Below the pieces are notes generated by a model. That model worked only from the letters and a program-made list of their open reading frames with translations, was not told where the DNA came from and searched no databases. Below are positions 58,894 to 64,000 of a DNA stretch of 64,000 nucleotides, piece by piece. Position 1 is the stretch's first letter. Every line of letters starts with the position of its first letter. Made by a program: the position numbers and the translations under genes. Source of the stretch: Candidatus Latescibacterota bacterium (GTDB taxonomy: Bacteria > Latescibacterota > UBA2968 > GCA-2709665); assembly GCA_965205485.1 (NCBI GenBank), contig OZ242180.1:3072001-3136000 (forward strand), in the 5' to 3' direction.

Positions 58894-58925
58894 CTGAGAT
58901 AACCAGACCCGCAGGAGGGCGAGTG

Positions 58926-59594
58926 ATGAAGTTCTTCATAGACACGGCCGATCTGGACGAGATACGTGAAGCCAACGAGATGGGCGTTCTGGATGGCGTG
59001 ACAACGAATCCGACGCACATCTCAAAGGAAGAAGGAACGTTTGAGGAGATCATACTCGAGATTTGCGAACTCGTGGACGGGCCGGTCAGCGCCGAGGTCG
59101 TGAGCACCGAGTGGCGACTGATGCTCGAGGAGGCGCGTCATCTGGCGAGCATACACGACAACGTGGTCGTCAAGGTTCCCATCACGCTGGACGGGCTCAA
59201 GGCGATCAGGGCCTGTAGCGATGAAGGGATCCGCACCAACGTGACGCTGTGCTTCTCCCCCAACCAGGCACTGCTGGCGGCGAAGGCGGGAGCTGCGTAT
59301 ATCAGTCCTTTTCTGGGGCGCCTGGACGACATCGGGCACGTCGGAATGGACTTGATCAGGACCATTCGCCGGATTTACGACAATTACGGATTCGAGACCG
59401 AGGTGCTTGCAGCCAGTTTGAGGCACCCCCTCCACGTCATCGATGCCGCTTGCGCCGGAGCCGATGTGTCCACGTTGCCACCCGACGTATTGAAGAAGCT
59501 GCTGGCGCATCCGCTTACGGAAGACGGCCTCGAGCGCTTCCTGAGTGATTGGAATGCGTGGAAGGAGAACCAGCCGGACACGGTTGTGGTTTAG
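58926..59594 (+). CDS. Transaldolase / fructose-6-phosphate aldolase (short type)
   Basis: [38 protein letters not shown]. Confidence 0.95.
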   Translation: MKFFIDTADLDEIREANEMGVLDGVTTNPTHISKEEGTFEEIILEICELVDGPVSAEVVSTEWRLMLEEARHLASIHDNVVVKVPITLDGLKAIRACSDEGIRTNVTLCFSPNQALLAAKAGAAYISPFLGRLDDIGHVGMDLIRTIRRIYDNYGFETEVLAASLRHPLHVIDAACAGADVSTLPPDVLKKLLAHPLTEDGLERFLSDWNAWKENQPDTVVV

Positions 59595-59754
59595 CAGCCC
59601 GTTGAAAAAGTCCATCCGGGCTACGGCCGGCCCTTGCGGTCGAAATACTGCGTTGCGCTCGCTCGCCGAATCGCTGGATGGGACTCGGTCGCGCGCCTTG
59701 TCTTCGAACGCAATGGCTCGGCCTCGCCTGCAGAGCGACTTCATCAACGGACTG
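59595..59754 (+). mobile_element. MITE family 1, 160-bp form
   Basis: TTAG direct repeat on both flanks; the left copy includes the transaldolase stop. Confidence 0.88.
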
Positions 59755-59784
59755 TTAGCCTTGCCAATGGAATCATCCGGAAAC

Positions 59785-59821
59785 AAAAAAGGGCTTGTGT
59801 ACGCAATCACACAAGCCCTTT
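59785..59821 (-). terminator. Terminator after tRNA-Thr
   Basis: AAAAAAGGGCTTGTG-loop-CACAAGCCCTTT. Confidence 0.8.
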
Positions 59822-59829
59822 CCTGCATA

Positions 59830-59905
<76 letters not shown>

Positions 59906-59908
59906 TAA

Positions 59909-59972
59909 CAGCCCGTTGAAAAAGTCCATCCGAGCTCGGTCTCGCCTGCAGAGCGACTTTATCAACGGACTG
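59909..59972 (+). mobile_element. MITE family 1, 64-bp internally deleted form
   Basis: Both TIRs present; CTAA direct repeat on both flanks. Confidence 0.82.
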
Positions 59973-60020
59973 CTAAAGCAATGAAAAACACACGATTATC
60001 ATCCTGAACCCGAAGCGGAT

Positions 60021-60049
60021 AAAATACATAAGCGGCGTATCCGTGTCAA
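60021..60049 (-). promoter_or_regulatory. Probable tRNA promoter
   Basis: TTGACA-N17-TATTTT. Confidence 0.55.
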
Positions 60050-60101
60050 GGATAATTCTACGATTCCGACGGCCCTGTATTCGTCTCGATTCAGGGAGGA
60101 G

Positions 60102-61334
60102 ATGATGCGAAAGAACCTGAGGATGGGCGCCGCGAAGGTCGACGTGACGCCGCCGGTCGGACTGTCCATGGCCGGGTACGCGGGTCGCACGAGCCCGGCC
60201 ATCGGTGTCCATCTGCCGCTTTGGGCCAGGGCTTTTGTGTTCGAACAGGGTTCGATGCGGGTCGCGCTCGTCGTTGTGGACACAGTTGGATTCAGCGAAT
60301 ACGCGACGGAGCAGATGAGGGAAGCGATCCTGGAACGAACGGGAATTGCAGCCGACGGCATTCTCGTTGCGACGACACACACCCACTCGGGACCGGTAAC
60401 CACCCGGTTCCGCCACGACGCACCCCACCCGTCGTATATGGCGGACCTGAAGGAACGGATCGTCGATGCGGTGATCAGAGCATCAGGTGATCTGAAGCCG
60501 GTAACGATCGGCTTCGCGCAGACGCGAGAACCCGGTTTTCACCACAATCGGCGCAAGGACGGTCAACCGATCGATTCCACACTCGGGCTGGTGCGCTTTG
60601 CGGGAGAGGACGGACGAGTCGTGGCGGTGTGGGTGAACTACGGCTGCCATCCGACCATCCTGACCGGGAAAAATCTCTATTGGTCCCCTGACTTTCCCGG
60701 TGTGGTCTGCAATGTACTGGAAGAAGCGTGGGGTGGAACGGCTGCTTTTTTCAACGGTTGCCTGGGGGACGTGGGGCCGTACCGGCCGGAGCAGAATTTC
60801 GCCGAGGTGCAGAAAGTGGGCGGCGGGTTGGCGGGTTCGGTGCTGGAATTGGCCGGGAACGTCACACAGACGGACGTGCCTCGTCTCGACGCGCGTCGGC
60901 TCCGTTGCACGTGTCTGCTGGATACACTGCCGACAAGCGCGGATCTGACGGAACAGTTGGCGGGCTCGAGACCTGATTCGTACCAGGCCGGCTGGGCACG
61001 GGAACAGCTGGCGATGCGAGCGGCAGGTGATGCGGTACCCAACGCGGTGCAGCTGGAGGTGCAGGGGTTTCGGATCGGGGATGTCTTCCTGGCGTGTTTT
61101 CCAGGACAGCTGTTCGGTTCGTGGGGGCTCGAACTCAGGCGACGTTGGCCCGACGATCGGTTGTTTATCGTGAATCAGGCGAACGCGCATGCCGGCTATT
61201 TCCCGTCGAAGGAGGCGTGGGATGGAGGCGGTTACGAGGTCCGTTCGGCGTTCATGTTCAATTCCGATCTGCCCGCCCCGATGACGTGGGAGGCCGGGCA
61301 GCGACTGATTGATACGGCGCTTATCCTGGTGTAG
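60102..61334 (+). CDS. Neutral/alkaline ceramidase N-terminal-domain family hydrolase
   Basis: DVTPP...MAGY, THTHSGP, NYGCHPT, GDV, GGYE. Confidence 0.82.
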   Translation: MMRKNLRMGAAKVDVTPPVGLSMAGYAGRTSPAIGVHLPLWARAFVFEQGSMRVALVVVDTVGFSEYATEQMREAILERTGIAADGILVATTHTHSGPVTTRFRHDAPHPSYMADLKERIVDAVIRASGDLKPVTIGFAQTREPGFHHNRRKDGQPIDSTLGLVRFAGEDGRVVAVWVNYGCHPTILTGKNLYWSPDFPGVVCNVLEEAWGGTAAFFNGCLGDVGPYRPEQNFAEVQKVGGGLAGSVLELAGNVTQTDVPRLDARRLRCTCLLDTLPTSADLTEQLAGSRPDSYQAGWAREQLAMRAAGDAVPNAVQLEVQGFRIGDVFLACFPGQLFGSWGLELRRRWPDDRLFIVNQANAHAGYFPSKEAWDGGGYEVRSAFMFNSDLPAPMTWEAGQRLIDTALILV

Positions 61335-61393
61335 AGCGATCCGAACACAGGTCCGGGTAGTACTCACCCGGAATACATTTCGAATACGACAGC

Positions 61394-61427
61394 AAAAAGG
61401 CTTCGGGAAGAACCCGGAGCCTTTTTT
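61394..61427. terminator. Bidirectional terminator
   Basis: AAAAAGGCTTCGGG-loop-CCCGGAGCCTTTTTT between convergent genes. Confidence 0.82.
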
Positions 61428-61455
61428 GTCTTCGACCGTAAAATGCCCTGTTTCG

Positions 61456-61875
61456 TCATTTGGGCTTGATTTTTCGCGACTCAGGCCGGATTGAATCCAT
61501 GACGTATTGGACGGCCGGCGTCTTGAGTATACGCAGCTTGTAGTCGATGTTGGGGTCTGGTCGGGCGATGGGCATGTTGAACGCGAAACCGGCGCCGGGG
61601 TTGACGATGGGCATGTTATCCAGAGGCGACCTCTGTAACAACAGGCGCTCAAGCGCGATTGTAGTCATTGTGCGTTCCTTCTCAAGATCCCGTTTTCGAT
61701 TAAGCCTCTGTCGCAGCCCCTTCAGCATTTTCTCACCGGATGAACCTTCCGCGCGTTTCGACAGCTGTCTCTTCAGTGCATCGGCGGGCGCGGGAGGATC
61801 CCCTCCCGCAGGACTCGCGTTAAAAAGCACAAGGGCGAGAACCGGAAGAGCGCGAAAGAATGTGCCTGGCAACAT
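61456..61875 (-). CDS. Hypothetical exported protein (139 aa)
   Basis: GGAGG RBS; signal-peptide-like N-terminus MLPGTFFRALPVLALVLF. Confidence 0.6.
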   Translation of the reverse strand: MLPGTFFRALPVLALVLFNASPAGGDPPAPADALKRQLSKRAEGSSGEKMLKGLRQRLNRKRDLEKERTMTTIALERLLLQRSPLDNMPIVNPGAGFAFNMPIARPDPNIDYKLRILKTPAVQYVMDSIRPESRKIKPK

Positions 61876-62014
61876 CGAGGCCTCCTGCCGGAAATGAAGG
61901 ACGACAAAGGGATGTAACTCTGAAACGCTTCCGTCCGTTCGAAGTTCCCGGATACGGCGGTTCGAACCACGCGACGTTCCGCTGTGGGTTGCACCCCGCC
62001 ACCTGTTCCCGTGT

Positions 62015-64000
62015 TCAGCATGTATCCAGCCAGGCCATCCACGACTTGCCGTCGCGGATATCGTGACCCCGGTCGCCGCGACGTGTGACCAGAACCGGTT
62101 GTCTTCCGGACTCCGCGAGCCCGACAACCGGATAGGCCCGGATCGTATTTCCGGCTTCGGTTACGAAGATGTGTCTACCCACCAGCTGGCGCAGCTGGCT
62201 CTTCTGGCCATCGGTCACCAGGCCGGATTCACTCTCGTCAACACGGGTCTCCAGGACGGGACCGGACAGTGCCGCGAGGTCTTGCTCGAGGGAGATTTCG
62301 CCTTGTTGAAGACATGTGCCTCCCACCAGCCAGGCGTCTTCACCCGAGACGAAGCCGAACCGGCCATTGAAGTTCAGTTGCAGTTCGTCCTGTTGGATAA
62401 CTTCCGGCGTCTGTCCGCATCCGGCGCTGATTAATGTGTCTCTCCCCGTGTTCGTGGTGACCTCAACGACCGTGCCGAGGGTCGTCTGGTCCAGGTAGGA
62501 TACGCGGGCGGACCTCACGGCGTCACCAACGGAATATACCGTAACGAAGGTACTGGCGCCGTCGTCTCTTCGGCGCACGATGTAAGGTATGGTTGCGCCG
62601 ATGTCGCGGGCTTTGCGCTGTCCGAAACCCTCGCCGACAAGAACCCATTCCGATTCGCACGCCGGGAAGTGTACGCGGAAGGGCGCCCCGTTGCCGGGCG
62701 TCCACGCCGCGGACCATGGGGATACGGATTGACCGTGACGTGTCTGCGTGAGATCGTAAATCTCTTCGTCCGTCGGGCAGGTCCGTAAACCGGAGATCGC
62801 GAGGGTACGGTCAGGTCCGTGCATGACCCAGTCGTGCCGGCCGCCGCCCCGGACGCGGAAGATATCCACGACGTATTCGCGCTGTCCGCTGCCGACGATG
62901 GCGATCGTTCGGCGGTAGACCGAAGTGTTCGGATAGACGTTGGAAGCAGCCTCCATCACCTTCGCGTGCGCACAAGCCGAAAAGAGTTGAAAGGTTGCCC
63001 GGCGGCCGCGCGTTGCCTGCTCATCACCGTCAACCAGCACCAGATTGTGCGCGAGGGTACGGTTGACTCCGTAACGGAGGTCTTCCATATCCCACAGATA
63101 GCCGAGATCGGTGAGCAGCTCACGACCTTCCTTCCAGTAGTAGAGATTGAGGTGGTCGTGGTGATGGTGGCCTTTGAAGTCCGCGCCGTACAGGATGACG
63201 GCGCTGCCGTTCCCCCGGTGTCCCGTGCGCAGGGTTCCGATATTCAGGTGGGGCCCGAGATCGTCGGTGAACCGGGGCGGCTGTTCAGGCGGTGCGGCAG
63301 GCTGCCGGTAGAAGGCGGACGCGGTGTCCAGGTTGCCGCCGTACCAGAACTGTGCGATGCGGCCGGCATAGCATCTTTCCTTTCTGGCGACGTCCCGTTG
63401 AAGCACCCGATGGTTTTCCGACGGATAATTGCGGGCAAGGACGTCTGCGAACATGGACGAAAGGTGACAGGGGTGCCGGTTGTCGGCCAAGAGGGGATAG
63501 TTCAGGTCCGGCAGAAGAGGACGGGCCATATTCTGCCAGACCGCCCGGTAGCGCGGCCATCTGTAGAGGTCGATGCGGTCCAGCCGCGCCGGCGGAAGTT
63601 CCACGCCATCCGGATCCGAATAGCGCTTGAGGGCTTCGGCGATGCGCCAGATACCGGATAACATCATGCCCGCGTATCCGATGGACTCAGGCGTTCCACC
63701 GTCGGGCAGCCACCAGTCCCGCACGGCCCTCACAAAGCCGTCGAGGCCGAAACGGGTCAGCAGGGGGTCGCCGCAGACGATACCAATCAGGCCGACGGCG
63801 CAACGGTTCATACCGGTCTTGTTGTTGATAACGTCGTCAGAGAAGAGCATCACGGCCGCGTCGAGGAACAGGTCGTGCTCGATATGCCGTTTTTCCGCGT
63901 CTGAGAGGGTTTCGGCCACCAGGTCGTAGGCAAGGATAAGTTTCTGCAGCGAGGTGCCTTCCATTCCTCCGGAGGAGCCCCAGCGCAGTACGGCCCAGTA
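62015..64000 (-). CDS. Heparinase II/III family protein (5' end outside the window)
   Basis: Frame stays open to 64000; DGGTPESIGY, GHHHHDHLNL, DLGY, TLAHNLVLVDG, YVVDIFRVRGG. Confidence 0.85.
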   Translation of the reverse strand, partial: YWAVLRWGSSGGMEGTSLQKLILAYDLVAETLSDAEKRHIEHDLFLDAAVMLFSDDVINNKTGMNRCAVGLIGIVCGDPLLTRFGLDGFVRAVRDWWLPDGGTPESIGYAGMMLSGIWRIAEALKRYSDPDGVELPPARLDRIDLYRWPRYRAVWQNMARPLLPDLNYPLLADNRHPCHLSSMFADVLARNYPSENHRVLQRDVARKERCYAGRIAQFWYGGNLDTASAFYRQPAAPPEQPPRFTDDLGPHLNIGTLRTGHRGNGSAVILYGADFKGHHHHDHLNLYYWKEGRELLTDLGYLWDMEDLRYGVNRTLAHNLVLVDGDEQATRGRRATFQLFSACAHAKVMEAASNVYPNTSVYRRTIAIVGSGQREYVVDIFRVRGGGRHDWVMHGPDRTLAISGLRTCPTDEEIYDLTQTRHGQSVSPWSAAWTPGNGAPFRVHFPACESEWVLVGEGFGQRKARDIGATIPYIVRRRDDGASTFVTVYSVGDAVRSARVSYLDQTTLGTVVEVTTNTGRDTLISAGCGQTPEVIQQDELQLNFNGRFGFVSGEDAWLVGGTCLQQGEISLEQDLAALSGPVLETRVDESESGLVTDGQKSQLRQLVGRHIFVTEAGNTIRAYPVVGLAESGRQPVLVTRRGDRGHDIRDGKSWMAWLDTC

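Overview
GC-rich bacterial chromosomal window with about 50 genes and one tRNA-Thr(CGT). It has no intact transposase, integrase, phage gene or CRISPR array. The organism looks diderm; GWxTD, PD40-Omp85 and lipoprotein content suggest an FCB-type lineage such as Latescibacterota or Gemmatimonadota (inference only). In order: (1) a minus-strand partner-switching module (STAS, antiporter-CBS, REC-PP2C, RsbW, periplasmic binding protein, sensor kinase) upstream of a LivK-type lipoprotein, a circularly permuted ATP-grasp gene and amtB; (2) an ECF sigma/anti-sigma pair with three Spy/CpxP-like genes and two matching sigmaE-type promoters; (3) ilvB with an attenuator-like structured leader; (4) an NCS2 permease with convergent hydantoinase A and B genes; (5) a peptidase-PD40-Omp85 gene with mosaic codon usage; (6) an archaeal-type short PurA homologue divergent from a LysR gene; (7) GWxTD and TPR genes; (8) a GT4-TolC-IPCT/DIPPS-MlaC-MMPL lipid synthesis/export cluster, followed by oxidoreductases, a GGPP-synthase-like gene, transaldolase and tRNA-Thr. 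Three families of MITE-like repeats, one nested inside another, and an unannotated N-terminal lipoprotein module occurring three times are scattered through the window. All calls come from reading motifs by eye; no database search was run.
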